IMG/VR virus record: IMGVR_UViG_3300042558_004148
Coordinates: 309,486-373,485 of that record
Direction: 5' to 3' (one strand)
DNA: 64,000 bases
Positions within the stretch are counted from its first letter, which is position 1; the number at the start of each line of letters is the position of its first letter. Shown one piece after another: positions 33,822-44,506 of the stretch. The position numbers and the translations under genes were made by a program. The notes beneath the pieces were generated by a model, which worked only from the letters and a program-made list of their open reading frames with translations, did not search any database and was not told the origin of the DNA.

Positions 33822-35381
33822 ATGCCTTATAGAATATTACTTAGAAGAGATAACGCATTAAGCTGGGCATATAATGACCCGGTTTTAATGACAGGTGAAC
33901 CTGGATACGAAACAGATACCAATAAATTTAAAATCGGAGACGGACAGGCACCTTGGTCGCAATTGCCATATTATTCTGGAGTAACTGGAGGTACCGGTCC
34001 GATCGGACCCATTGGTATAACAGGAGCTACGGGTGCTAATGGATCTAGCGGTACCTCAGGTAGTTCTGGTACTAGCGGTACTAGCGGTACTAACGGTACT
34101 TCCGGAGTGAATGGTGCTGGATTAAGTTCTAAATCTGGAACCGTTTCATCTGGTGATACCGGATGGGTTGGTCCTGTCTATGATGTTGTCTTCGCTCAGT
34201 CATTCGGGTCTACAAATTATTCCATTTCTGTTGATGTTACAAATAGTGGTCCAATAACAATAACAAATAAGACCTCTTCCGGGTTTAGAGTTGCGACGGG
34301 GATGTTTGCCGAGAATTTTGATTGGATTGCGATTGCTAATGGTGAAAGTGTGGTACCAAGTTCAAGTGGCACATCAGGTTCAAGCGGTACCTCAGGTTCA
34401 AGCGGTACATCAGGTTCATCGGGAACTGCTGGTACTAGTGGTACTTCAGGAACTAATGGATCTTCAGGTACTGATGGATCATCTGGAACTAATGGATCAT
34501 CGGGAACTAATGGTACCTCAGGCACAGACGGAACTTCAGGAACATCTGGTACTAGTGGAAGTAGTGGAACATCAGGAAGCAGTGGAAGCAGTGGAACTAA
34601 TGGAAGCAGTGGAACTAATGGAAGTAGCGGGGTTTCACCTGGATATAATCCAATCCCATATAAATACGAAAATGCAGGGGATGTAACTATAAACAGTGAC
34701 GGGACGGATCCATTAAATACCGGAAGAATGATAGGGTCCGGTATTACATATACTCCATCCAGTATAGGAACTATTGGCATCTCATTTTCATTTGGTGTAA
34801 ATATCACATCAGATTTTGTACCTCTTGATAATTATGCATTCTCTATACGATATGGGACTGGAACACCTCCAATAACTAGTGATCAATTAACAGGAACACC
34901 GATAGCTACCCAAATATACGAAACATTCAATGGACAGTCCGCAGTAACTAATATGTATATAAATTCGGTACTTACCGGATTAACTATAGGTACAGATTAC
35001 TGGTTTGATTTATCAGTAACTTCAACAGAACAGAATCCACCAACAGCAAGATTCAATGGTTCGAATATAACATGTAGTATATTGGAATTAAGTGGTGGAA
35101 TTGGAGCAACTGGTCCTATTGGTGGATCAGGTACCGGAGCAAATATATATTACGGTGACCAAACAATAACATCAGGAAATAAGGTAATTGTAAATACCAT
35201 AGAGGTATATTCAGGCAATATATTAACACTTAATTCACCTATAGTGGATGTACCAGCAATATTTAAAATCTCCGATTATTCAGCTCTTAACTTTACTGAT
35301 GATATAGGTGCCTCCGCAGGTGGTGTACCAACAGGAGGTATCTATCATAATGCTGGAGCAGTAAGGATAAGATTAACTTAA
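33822..35381 (+). CDS. Mtd_N-like fibre protein with GTSGSS repeats
   Basis: [30 protein letters not shown]; GATATATA at 33785. Confidence 0.85.
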   Translation: MPYRILLRRDNALSWAYNDPVLMTGEPGYETDTNKFKIGDGQAPWSQLPYYSGVTGGTGPIGPIGITGATGANGSSGTSGSSGTSGTSGTNGTSGVNGAGLSSKSGTVSSGDTGWVGPVYDVVFAQSFGSTNYSISVDVTNSGPITITNKTSSGFRVATGMFAENFDWIAIANGESVVPSSSGTSGSSGTSGSSGTSGSSGTAGTSGTSGTNGSSGTDGSSGTNGSSGTNGTSGTDGTSGTSGTSGSSGTSGSSGSSGTNGSSGTNGSSGVSPGYNPIPYKYENAGDVTINSDGTDPLNTGRMIGSGITYTPSSIGTIGISFSFGVNITSDFVPLDNYAFSIRYGTGTPPITSDQLTGTPIATQIYETFNGQSAVTNMYINSVLTGLTIGTDYWFDLSVTSTEQNPPTARFNGSNITCSILELSGGIGATGPIGGSGTGANIYYGDQTITSGNKVIVNTIEVYSGNILTLNSPIVDVPAIFKISDYSALNFTDDIGASAGGVPTGGIYHNAGAVRIRLT

Positions 35382-35402
35382 AATAAAAATAGTATATAAT
35401 AC

Positions 35403-35429
35403 AAAATCCGGATATCCGGATTTTTTTTT
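35403..35429 (+). terminator. intrinsic terminator
   Basis: AAAATCCGGATATCCGGATTTT followed by a T run. Confidence 0.8.
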
Positions 35430-35448
35430 GAAATAAACTCCCTTTTAT

Positions 35449-35480
35449 TTTTATATTGCCGGAATATTACACTACTTTTG
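35449..35480 (+). promoter_or_regulatory. class-1 promoter for the ClpC-like gene
   Basis: TTTTATATTGCCG-11nt-TACTTTTG. Confidence 0.7.
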
Positions 35481-35515
35481 CATAAAATAAAGGATCTAAT
35501 CTTATTATATAAAAT

Positions 35516-37582
35516 ATGAATTACAACGAAAACGAGGATGATGATTTAGCATCAGCATACAAATCAAAGAAGGGGGTAAAAACTCCCATATTAGATTCTT
35601 ATTCTAGAGACTTAACAGAGATGGCGATTAGAGGTGAATTAGATCCAATAATCGGTAGAGACGAAGAAATAGAGAGAGTTTCACAGATCCTCTCCAGGAG
35701 AAAGAAAAATAATCCAGTTTTAATTGGAGAACCCGGTGTTGGTAAATCAGCAATTGCCGAAGGATTAGCATTAAAAATAGTACAAAGGAAGGTTTCAAGA
35801 AGTCTACTCAATAAAAGGGTACTTACTTTGGATTTAGGTTCAATGGTGGCAGGAACCAAATATAGAGGCCAATTTGAGGAAAGAGTAAAGGGGATACTAG
35901 AGGAGCTCAGAAACAATAAGGATATAATAATCTTCATAGATGAAATTCATACCATGGTCGGAGCTGGCGGTGCATCGGGTTCATTGGATGCTTCCAATAT
36001 GTTTAAGCCACCATTAGCTAGAGGCGAGATACAATGCATCGGGGCAACCACGCTGAATGAATATAGACAGAACATAGAAAAGGATGGTGCACTAGAAAGA
36101 AGATTTCAGAAAGTTATTGTAAATCCTCCAGATGCAGAAACTACCATAGAGATACTAGAAAACATAAAAAGTAAATATGAGGATTATCATAATGTAAAAT
36201 ATACGGATGAAGCCATATTAAATTGTGTGAAACTTACTGAAAGATATATTACTGATCGAAATTTTCCCGATAAGGCATTAGATGCACTTGATGAAGCAGG
36301 AAGTAGAACACAGCTTAGCGATGTTAAAATTCCAGACAGCATAACTAATTTGGAAACCAGCCTTATTAAAGTAACTGAGGAAAAAGATAAATCTGTAAAA
36401 AAGCAAGATTATGAGGGTGCTGCTAAATACAGAGATCAGGAAAGAAAAATTAGATTATCTCTGGATCTTGAAATAAAGTCATGGGAAGAAAAACTTAAGG
36501 CGAAAAGAAAAGTTGTTGATGGTGAAAGAGTAGCGGAAGTAGTTTCGATGATGTCAGGGGTTCCTCTTAAGAAAGTTTCAGAGGTTGAAAACGAAAGGCT
36601 CTACAGGATGAATGATGAATTACGTGGAAAAGTAATAGGTCAAGATCATGCTATAGAAAAAATTGCTAGGGCTATCCTTAGAAATAGAATGGGACTGAAA
36701 GATCCAAATAAACCAATAGGATCATTTATGCTATTAGGACCTACCGGAGTTGGTAAAACCCAATTGGCGAAAGAATTATCTAAATATATGTTTGGAGATA
36801 CTGACTCATTAATAAGAGTTGATATGAGTGAATATATGGAAAAATTTGACGTATCTAAATTAACGGGAGCTCCTCCAGGATACGTTGGACACGAAGACGG
36901 AGGACAATTAACCGAGAAAATAAGAAGAAAACCATATTCAATAGTACTTTTTGATGAAATTGAAAAGGCACACCCCGAGATATTTAATACACTACTCCAG
37001 ATACTGGATGAAGGTCATATCACAGATAGTATGGGGAGAAAAATAAACTTCAAGAATACGTTAATCATATTGACCTCTAATATAGGCCAAAGAAAATTGC
37101 AAGAATTTGGTGGCGGTGTCGGGTTTTCAACAGCAACAAAGGAAAACTATGCTGAAATGGAAAATGAAATGTTTCTTAGAAAAGAACTTGAGAAGAAGTT
37201 TTCCCCTGAATTTATAAATAGATTGGATGATATAGTTTATTTTAAAACATTAGAAAAGAAAGATCTACTTCAAATACTTGATGTTGAATTGGATAAGGTT
37301 ATTCCTAGATTAGAATCACTAGGATTTAAAGTTAAAATAGCTGATGATCTTAAAGATAAAATATGTGAAGCTGGATATAATCCAAAATTTGGTGCTAGAC
37401 CATTAAAAAGAATAGTACAGAAATATATTGAGGATACATTAGCTGATCTGATGGTACAAAATAAAATACCACAGGAAAGCACAGTTACATTATCATATGA
37501 CAAAGAGAAAGATGGTGGTATACAGAATCCAGTAAAATTTAAGATACTACAGAAAAGGAAAAGAAAAGATGATATGGCATAG
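35516..37582 (+). CDS. clpC: ClpC-like AAA+ chaperone lacking the N-terminal Clp_N domain
   Basis: GEPGVGKS and GPTGVGKT Walker A motifs; UVR-like KQDYEGAAKYRDQE; GGVGF loop; FGARPLKR. Confidence 0.92.
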   Translation: MNYNENEDDDLASAYKSKKGVKTPILDSYSRDLTEMAIRGELDPIIGRDEEIERVSQILSRRKKNNPVLIGEPGVGKSAIAEGLALKIVQRKVSRSLLNKRVLTLDLGSMVAGTKYRGQFEERVKGILEELRNNKDIIIFIDEIHTMVGAGGASGSLDASNMFKPPLARGEIQCIGATTLNEYRQNIEKDGALERRFQKVIVNPPDAETTIEILENIKSKYEDYHNVKYTDEAILNCVKLTERYITDRNFPDKALDALDEAGSRTQLSDVKIPDSITNLETSLIKVTEEKDKSVKKQDYEGAAKYRDQERKIRLSLDLEIKSWEEKLKAKRKVVDGERVAEVVSMMSGVPLKKVSEVENERLYRMNDELRGKVIGQDHAIEKIARAILRNRMGLKDPNKPIGSFMLLGPTGVGKTQLAKELSKYMFGDTDSLIRVDMSEYMEKFDVSKLTGAPPGYVGHEDGGQLTEKIRRKPYSIVLFDEIEKAHPEIFNTLLQILDEGHITDSMGRKINFKNTLIILTSNIGQRKLQEFGGGVGFSTATKENYAEMENEMFLRKELEKKFSPEFINRLDDIVYFKTLEKKDLLQILDVELDKVIPRLESLGFKVKIADDLKDKICEAGYNPKFGARPLKRIVQKYIEDTLADLMVQNKIPQESTVTLSYDKEKDGGIQNPVKFKILQKRKRKDDMA

Positions 37583-37604
37583 AGTCATTAGAATCATGTG
37601 ATCC

Positions 37605-37642
37605 AAAAAAACCATTCAATTTATATATTGAATGGTTTTTTT
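37605..37642. terminator. bidirectional terminator
   Basis: AAAAAACCATTCAAT-TTATAT-ATTGAATGGTTTTTT. Confidence 0.8.
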
Positions 37643-37688
37643 GTATATTTCTTTATATCAGTTATATATCTTAAAATATAGATAATTA

Positions 37689-37889
37689 ATGAACAATAAA
37701 AAATATAAAGATGATGTAATAAAAGAAAATGTTATACTAAAAAGTAAAATAGCATATTCTATAGGGTCTCTTGAAACGGTAAGTTATTTATTGAAAAATG
37801 ATGATCCTGAAACGATAGTTAAAAATACGGAGCATCTTAAATTTACAGTGTCAAGAATACTCGAGGATCTTAAAAAAGATATAGCTTAG
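37689..37889 (+). CDS. small hypothetical protein
   Basis: 66-aa ORF. Confidence 0.5.
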   Translation: MNNKKYKDDVIKENVILKSKIAYSIGSLETVSYLLKNDDPETIVKNTEHLKFTVSRILEDLKKDIA

Positions 37890-38437
37890 CCCACTTTTAC
37901 TAATTTTATTTTAGCCCCTCTATATCCATTAACCTCCATGGCTAATCTAAGATTTTCATCATTATCATCGAAAAATGTGAGATTGGTATAACCGGAATCT
38001 ATTATATCTGATATAGCTTTTTGCTTTCTTTCCGCTATATTTCCGCTATAATTAAATTTGGGATCATTAATTGCTATTACGAGATCGGGATGTATGTCTA
38101 TCCTATTACAAAGAAAGAAATCCCTAACCAGATCGGATGAACTTCTTGCGGTAAGTATAGATACGGGTATACCCCTCCTATAGTAATTTTTTAATTTATT
38201 GAATATAAAATGAATAAATTCACCCTGCCTTAATATTTCCGGGCAATCAAAATCGTCGAAATTTAATATATGGGAGGAGCTATTCTCGAAGCTATTGAAC
38301 TCATCCGGAGTCATTTCTCGTATAACTTTTTTAGTTACTCTACTGACTATTTTAATTTTAGCGTCAGTTTTAATCAGAGTGTCATCCAGGTCAAATATAA
38401 CTATACGGTCCCCTTTGATATCTTTAAGTTTATTCAT
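37886..38437 (-). CDS. HAD-superfamily phosphatase (capless, polynucleotide 3'-phosphatase-like)
   Basis: FDLDDTL, ILTARS, ERKQ, FFDDNDEN. Confidence 0.8.
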   Translation of the reverse strand: MNKLKDIKGDRIVIFDLDDTLIKTDAKIKIVSRVTKKVIREMTPDEFNSFENSSSHILNFDDFDCPEILRQGEFIHFIFNKLKNYYRRGIPVSILTARSSSDLVRDFFLCNRIDIHPDLVIAINDPKFNYSGNIAERKQKAISDIIDSGYTNLTFFDDNDENLRLAMEVNGYRGAKIKLVKVG

Positions 38438-38441
38438 CCGA

Positions 38442-39101
38442 TTAGATAATTACATTAATCATCCTGGTTTTATTTGTTATTTTCTCCTCACTTAACTTAT
38501 CATATCTTAGATCCGATAATCCATCCTTAGATATCTCATCAGCAGTTGGATTTACCTGGAATTCTCTAAGTTTTTGTATATTTAGCATATATTGAGTCTG
38601 CTCTATGTCCCTTGTATGATCCAATGATTTATATCTACATTTTTTTCTATATGTTTGAATCCCCATTATGACACATCTAAGTAGAACGTCATCATCTTCA
38701 GCTCCCCATCCCCAATATGAATTTGAATATCCATTTATTTTAACAAAGCTGTCCTTATCGAATAGTGTAACTCCTCCGAAATATCCATCATAAGGCAATT
38801 TATATCCGAACTGTTCAGCCTCCGTAGCTAAATGTGTTGGTCCATCGGGATATGAATAATCAGAATCCAATGGAAGCATATCAACATCATGGAAAGCGTA
38901 ATAGTCGCTATCGGGTGATTCATTAAATCCTATATTAAGAAGCTTTGCTCTATTGAATTTCTTATCATCCGATTGATGAACTATTACAATTTCAAAATCT
39001 ATATTTTCTGAATTTAGTGTTTTTTCCATGTGAGGTATGAATTGTTCCATATGCTCCTCCCGGTTTCTATAAGGTACTATTACCGATAGCTTTTTAGACA
39101 T
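38442..39101 (-). CDS. GT7 beta-1,4-galactosyltransferase-like protein
   Basis: IVPYRNREEH, FNRAKLLNIGF, FHDVDMLP, YFGGV, NGYSNSYWGWGAEDDD. Confidence 0.9.
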   Translation of the reverse strand: MSKKLSVIVPYRNREEHMEQFIPHMEKTLNSENIDFEIVIVHQSDDKKFNRAKLLNIGFNESPDSDYYAFHDVDMLPLDSDYSYPDGPTHLATEAEQFGYKLPYDGYFGGVTLFDKDSFVKINGYSNSYWGWGAEDDDVLLRCVIMGIQTYRKKCRYKSLDHTRDIEQTQYMLNIQKLREFQVNPTADEISKDGLSDLRYDKLSEEKITNKTRMINVII

Positions 39102-39172
39102 TGTTTTATCTTTAATATGCCAAAATTGGACTTTTGTTTCGAAACCTGTCCTATTTTTTAACTATAATTAGT

Positions 39173-39931
39173 ATGATAAAAGACAGTGATATAATTTTCG
39201 TAACCACCTCTTTAAATACAAAATGGATAGGTATACAAAAAAAAATAGTCAGAGATAAATTCCCTGGTAGCGAGCATATTATAATGGACGGGCGGGGTAA
39301 CTGGCCAAACTCCTGGTTCTATTGGATAAATGAAATAAAAGATAGAAATGAAAGGTGGTTTATCCATGTGGATGAAGATTTTTTCATAGAAAGTCGGGAA
39401 GAAATATTAAGATTATTGGATATTATGGAATCCGGTAACTATGGAATATCTGCAATATCTGAAGCATATTGTCATTATAGGGGAAGCAATCCTGTTGCAA
39501 TGAATTCTTTCTTCATGGTTGGAAGAATATCAGATCTAAGTAATTTCAATTTCGACCCTTCAGAAATGGAATTTTATATAGGATCCGATGGATGGAAGAA
39601 TAATATGGGACTGGAGTATTCCGATGAATATTACAATGACTTCGATTACCCCCACGAAAAACAAACTACCGGTGAATGGAGCCAAAAAGAGAGTGAACCG
39701 TACTATGCCTTTTTCTGGTATCTGAAAAATCTCGGAGTTAAATTCCATTATTTATATCCATATTTTGACAAAAGATTCATGTCAACTAATCCCAGAATAT
39801 CCGGAGATTCCGATGATATCGGTATTCATATGTGGTACACTAGAATATGGGAAAGTAATATGGATGTACATGGAATGCCCAATATAGAGAGATATCTATT
39901 AGTAGAGAATTATTTAAAAAATAAAAATTAA
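39173..39931 (+). CDS. putative glycosyltransferase (DxD motif), probable start at 39173
   Basis: WFIHVDEDFF; first gene of the glycan island. Confidence 0.5.
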   Translation: MIKDSDIIFVTTSLNTKWIGIQKKIVRDKFPGSEHIIMDGRGNWPNSWFYWINEIKDRNERWFIHVDEDFFIESREEILRLLDIMESGNYGISAISEAYCHYRGSNPVAMNSFFMVGRISDLSNFNFDPSEMEFYIGSDGWKNNMGLEYSDEYYNDFDYPHEKQTTGEWSQKESEPYYAFFWYLKNLGVKFHYLYPYFDKRFMSTNPRISGDSDDIGIHMWYTRIWESNMDVHGMPNIERYLLVENYLKNKN

Positions 39932-40782
39932 TGATAACATTAAGACAAATAGGTTATGCAGGAAGGCTTGGTAACCAAATGTTCCAATTTGCATCAGCAT
40001 TGGGTATTGCAAATAAAATAAGTTCTGATGTGAAATTTCCGATAGAGAATACGAAGAATTATTTAAACAATGGTCCTATTGACTCGAAAACCGGCAAATC
40101 AATGGATGTTAAATGTGATCTATTGGATTGCTTCAGTGGTAAGATAGAAACATATTTTATAGAATCAAGTTTAATAGAATCAAGATATCAATTTACGGAG
40201 AGTGGATTTGAATATGATCCAGCTATCTCAAATATAATACCTTACACAAACATAAATGGCTATTATCAAACTGATCTATATTTTAATTTCATACAGGAAA
40301 AAATAAAAGAAATATTTAACTTCAAAGACGAATATAAGTATATAGGCAATGCAATCTACGAGAGCATAAATGGCAAGAATCCCAAAGATGAAATAATATC
40401 AATGCATGTAAGGAGAGGAGATTATGTACTTTACCCAGATCATCATCCCCCATGTGACATTAATTATTATAAAAATGCTATAGAAATAATTAAGTCTGAG
40501 TCACAATCACCCAAAAAAATACTAATATTTTCCGATGATAAGGAATGGTGCAGAATTAATTTTACAGGTGATGAATACATTATATCAGAAAACGATAATC
40601 CGTATATAGATTTATATCTCATGTCATTATGTGATTATCATATAATAGCAAATAGCTCCTTCAGTTGGTGGGGATCATGGTTAGCAAAATCTAAAAAAAC
40701 TATAGCACCCTTAAAGTGGTTTGGACCTATGCTAAGAAATAACACAAAAGACATATATAAAAAGGAATGGATAATATTATAG
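39931..40782 (+). CDS. GT11 alpha-1,2-fucosyltransferase
   Basis: GRLGNQMFQFA, HVRRGDY, FSDDKEWC, IANSSFSWWG. Confidence 0.92.
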   Translation: MITLRQIGYAGRLGNQMFQFASALGIANKISSDVKFPIENTKNYLNNGPIDSKTGKSMDVKCDLLDCFSGKIETYFIESSLIESRYQFTESGFEYDPAISNIIPYTNINGYYQTDLYFNFIQEKIKEIFNFKDEYKYIGNAIYESINGKNPKDEIISMHVRRGDYVLYPDHHPPCDINYYKNAIEIIKSESQSPKKILIFSDDKEWCRINFTGDEYIISENDNPYIDLYLMSLCDYHIIANSSFSWWGSWLAKSKKTIAPLKWFGPMLRNNTKDIYKKEWIIL

Positions 40783-41597
40783 AGAAAATTAATTTTTGCG
40801 TATATTCAAATGAAAAATACTCAAAACCTAGAAAATCCATATTGAACCTAGCTAAGAGAAGCCTTATATTTAATAGTATCTTTGAATATGATAGGGAATG
40901 GTTAGAAAAAACAAAATTTTATTCGGACAATATTGGTATATTGGGAGACACTAACGGCAAAGGTGATGGATGGTGTTTATGGAAACCGTATGTTATATTG
41001 GAATCTCTTAAAAAAATAGAGAATGGTGAAATATTAATCTATATGGATTCCACTGATACGTTTAGCTCCGGATTCAAGGAATTCATAATAGAGCATTTTA
41101 ATTCTAATGAATTCTTATTATCGCAAATGGGTGACAATAAGAATTCAGTCTACACAAAAAGAGATACATTTCATTATATGGGATGTGATTCAATTGAATA
41201 TTGGGAAACTCCTCAGTTGGAGGCAGGAATAATAGGTGTAAGGAAAAATGAGAATACTATCAGATTCATGGAGGAATATTTAAAATATTGTCAAGACGAG
41301 AGGATAATAAAGGATTCACCCAATATTTGTGGAAAGGATAATTTAGGGAATTATATTGGACATAGGTATGACCAAAGTGTATTGACTAATTTAAAAGTTA
41401 AATATTCAATAAAACCGTGCACCGATATTAGATATTATGTGGAATGTAATATATGGGAGGCATTACATTACTGGAATAATATAGGTGAATTTAATAGAAA
41501 AATTAACCTAATAGAAAGCAGATTTGAAGAAAGACCCGAGAATAATATGGATATTAAGTTCTGGAGAATTAATTATTTAGAGCATCTTATAAAATAA
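40767..41597 (+). CDS. putative nucleotide-diphospho-sugar transferase
   Basis: WCLWKPYVI, IYMDS, HRYDQSVLT. Confidence 0.65.
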   Translation: MDNIIEKINFCVYSNEKYSKPRKSILNLAKRSLIFNSIFEYDREWLEKTKFYSDNIGILGDTNGKGDGWCLWKPYVILESLKKIENGEILIYMDSTDTFSSGFKEFIIEHFNSNEFLLSQMGDNKNSVYTKRDTFHYMGCDSIEYWETPQLEAGIIGVRKNENTIRFMEEYLKYCQDERIIKDSPNICGKDNLGNYIGHRYDQSVLTNLKVKYSIKPCTDIRYYVECNIWEALHYWNNIGEFNRKINLIESRFEERPENNMDIKFWRINYLEHLIK

Positions 41598-41604
41598 AAG
41601 TCTC

Positions 41605-42417
41605 ATGTTAAGCATAAATCTAACCGTACATAATAAGGAGAATCTACTACTGGAGTGTCTTGAGAGAATAAAAAAACATACTACAGGGACATATGAGATA
41701 GTAACTGTTCTGGATGGATGTACTGACAGATCTGAATTAATTTTGGATAATTTCATCAAAAATAATACATCAATCAGAATAGAAAAAATACATGCACCAA
41801 ACGTATTTGAAACCAAATCCAATAATATAGCAGCAAGAGCAAGCTCAGGAGAACATATTGTAATAATTCAGGATGATATGTTAATTAACGAAACCTGCTG
41901 GAATGAGAGGATGCTTAAGCCCTTTATTTTATTCGATGATGTTTTTTCAGTAACTGCAAGGACCTCACATAATTGGATAATTAATAAGGATTCTGTCCAT
42001 TCCAACTGTGAATCTATACCTCCAGGAATATGGTCAGATATATTAATACATACCGATCATGCAAATAGAAACAATACCGGGAGAGATGAATTTTCAATAA
42101 GAGACAGTTCAAACAGAGGACCGCTAATTATAAATCATAAAGATCTAGAAACACTTAATTATTTCGACGAATCATTCTATCCTCAGGATATGGATGATCA
42201 TGATCTACATTACAGAATGAAGAAACTTCTAGGGAAGGTTACTGGGATTTATTGGATAGACTATATAAGCGACAATGAGTGGGGAGGAACAAGAGAAAAT
42301 GGGGTAACTAAACAATGGATGTTAGATGCAAATCATAAAAACTCTGGTATATTGAGAGATAGACATCTGGATATTTTATCATCTCCCGGTAAAATGGAGG
42401 TTCGGAAATGTATATAA
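41605..42417 (+). CDS. GT2-family glycosyltransferase
   Basis: LTVHNKE, VLDGCTDRS, IIQDDM, DMDDHDL. Confidence 0.85.
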   Translation: MLSINLTVHNKENLLLECLERIKKHTTGTYEIVTVLDGCTDRSELILDNFIKNNTSIRIEKIHAPNVFETKSNNIAARASSGEHIVIIQDDMLINETCWNERMLKPFILFDDVFSVTARTSHNWIINKDSVHSNCESIPPGIWSDILIHTDHANRNNTGRDEFSIRDSSNRGPLIINHKDLETLNYFDESFYPQDMDDHDLHYRMKKLLGKVTGIYWIDYISDNEWGGTRENGVTKQWMLDANHKNSGILRDRHLDILSSPGKMEVRKCI

Positions 42418-42421
42418 AAAA

Positions 42422-43399
42422 ATGGACCATATTATGAAAAAAATAATTATCACCGGTGACATATCAACGAGGGATAAATTAAAGATGGAGGGATTCATAA
42501 AAGCATTCTCGAAAATAGGACATGTCGAGTATGTCGAGCCAAATCTTAGAGATAATATAATAAATCGAGGACCTTGTGATATATTATTTGGTGAATCGGC
42601 AGATTGGTTTCATGTTGATTATACTAATATAAAAAACGTCTTTATGTGGTGTATAATTGACCCATATAAATTTTTAGAAATATCTGAAAAATATACAAAT
42701 ACTAATTTTTTCATATGTTCAAAAAGTGTAATACACATTGATTCGGTATCGAAGGAATATATAAAAAGATACGATACTCCCATATACATGGAGGGAACTT
42801 TTGAGGAAATAGATCTATTGAAGTTCAGTGAATTCATAGGAGAATGTGAACTTATGGACGAAAACTTATACAAGTTTAAGGAAAATCTATATTATATGTA
42901 TTTACCATGTTCCCTTTCTTCATCACATATAGCTAATCATGAAAAAAGGGATATTGATATCACATATTTCGGAACTAGAGAGAATAGACCAGGCGTAACA
43001 GATATAATAAATCAAATGAGTTCGCTCGGATATAAAGTTACGTATAATCATACTGGAATTTATATTGGTCCCGATGAATGCATAGAATATTACAAGAGGT
43101 CCTTAATAACCCTACATGAGCAGGTGGGTCCAGTGCATTTAGAATTTCCGGTCAGATTTGGCGAAGCATCATATTGTGGTTCCACTATTTTTTCATTAGG
43201 TATGATGGGGAAATTAGCAGAATTTGCACAGTCGAATGATAATGTTCCCGCATTTAGATCTTTCAATAATAAAGAGGAACTCATTAAAGAGGCAATATGT
43301 TATATAGATACATACGGAAAAAAGGAAGATCCAGTGGTAGTTAAAGATGGTTATACTTATGATACATATTGTAAAAAAATAATAGATTTATCAATATGA
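42422..43399 (+). CDS. putative GT-B glycosyltransferase (CgeB-like C-terminus)
   Basis: DITYFGTREN-R...YKRSLITLH...VRFGEASYCG. Confidence 0.5.
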   Translation: MDHIMKKIIITGDISTRDKLKMEGFIKAFSKIGHVEYVEPNLRDNIINRGPCDILFGESADWFHVDYTNIKNVFMWCIIDPYKFLEISEKYTNTNFFICSKSVIHIDSVSKEYIKRYDTPIYMEGTFEEIDLLKFSEFIGECELMDENLYKFKENLYYMYLPCSLSSSHIANHEKRDIDITYFGTRENRPGVTDIINQMSSLGYKVTYNHTGIYIGPDECIEYYKRSLITLHEQVGPVHLEFPVRFGEASYCGSTIFSLGMMGKLAEFAQSNDNVPAFRSFNNKEELIKEAICYIDTYGKKEDPVVVKDGYTYDTYCKKIIDLSI

Positions 43400-44505
43400 A
43401 AAAATATGATTTTCTTATAGTTGGTGCTGGCCTTTTCGGATCGGTATTTGCTCAACAAGCCATTGAAAATGGATATACCTGTCTAATAATAGATAAAAGA
43501 AACCATAATGCAGGAAATGTATACACTGAGAATGTAAATGGCATAGATGTACATAAATATGGTGCACATATATTCAGAACATCGAGTAGCGATATATGGA
43601 ATTATGTTAATAGGTTCACTAAATTTAATCATTATACAAATAGGGTTAAGGTAAAATATGAAGAAAAGGTTTTCTCCTTTCCTATAAATCTTCTAACATT
43701 TAATCAGGTTTTTGGGTGTATTACACCAGAGGATGCCATAAATAAACTCAAAGAAAAAAAAATTAATATAGAGAATCCAAAAAATCTGGAGGAACATCTA
43801 TTATCTACCATAGGCGAGGATCTATATAAAATTTTTTTCCACGGCTATACTAAAAAACAGTGGGGGAGAGAACCGAGGGATTTGCCAAAGAGCATAATAT
43901 CAAGAATACCCATAAGGACTAATTTCGACGATAATTATTTTAATGACTGCTATCAGGGTATACCAGTTAATGGATATACCGATATGATAGAAAATATGCA
44001 AAAAGGAGCAGATATTTTACTAAACGAGAACTATTTGGATGATGTAGAAAAATGGAATTCAATTTGTGAAAAGGTTGTATATACGGGACCAATAGACGAA
44101 CTCATGGGATTTTGTTTCGGTGAATTAGAATATAGAAGTCTCAGATTCGAGGAGCATCTAATCAATACACCAGATTATCAGGGTTGCGCGGTTGTTAATT
44201 TTACTAGCGAATCGATAGAATATACAAGAATTATAGAGCATAAACATTTCACATTTGGCAAGCAAGATTTTACTATAATATCCAAAGAATTTCCGGAAAA
44301 ATGGGATAATACTAAGGAAAGATATTATCCGGTAAATGATGAAGGAAACAATATCAAATATAATCAATATAAAAATATGATTGAATCTGATCCCAAATAT
44401 ATTTTAGGCGGGAGACTTGCTGAATATAGATATTATGATATGAATCAAGTTATAGGATCAGCAATTAGCAAATTTTCCAAATTCATCAAAAAAAATAATA
44501 AGTAA
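43396..44505 (+). CDS. glf: UDP-galactopyranose mutase
   Basis: IVGAGLFGS, HKYGAHIF, YQGIPVNGY, RYYPVN, GRLAEYRYYDM. Confidence 0.95.
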   Translation: MKKYDFLIVGAGLFGSVFAQQAIENGYTCLIIDKRNHNAGNVYTENVNGIDVHKYGAHIFRTSSSDIWNYVNRFTKFNHYTNRVKVKYEEKVFSFPINLLTFNQVFGCITPEDAINKLKEKKINIENPKNLEEHLLSTIGEDLYKIFFHGYTKKQWGREPRDLPKSIISRIPIRTNFDDNYFNDCYQGIPVNGYTDMIENMQKGADILLNENYLDDVEKWNSICEKVVYTGPIDELMGFCFGELEYRSLRFEEHLINTPDYQGCAVVNFTSESIEYTRIIEHKHFTFGKQDFTIISKEFPEKWDNTKERYYPVNDEGNNIKYNQYKNMIESDPKYILGGRLAEYRYYDMNQVIGSAISKFSKFIKKNNK

Positions 44506-44506
44506 A

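Noticed and set aside
34217-34807. Antisense and alternative ORFs in the 33822 gene
   Set aside because: Repeat-derived shadows
33034-35381. Diversity-generating retroelement suggested by Mtd_N domains
   Set aside because: No reverse transcriptase and no TR/VR pair differing at adenines in the window
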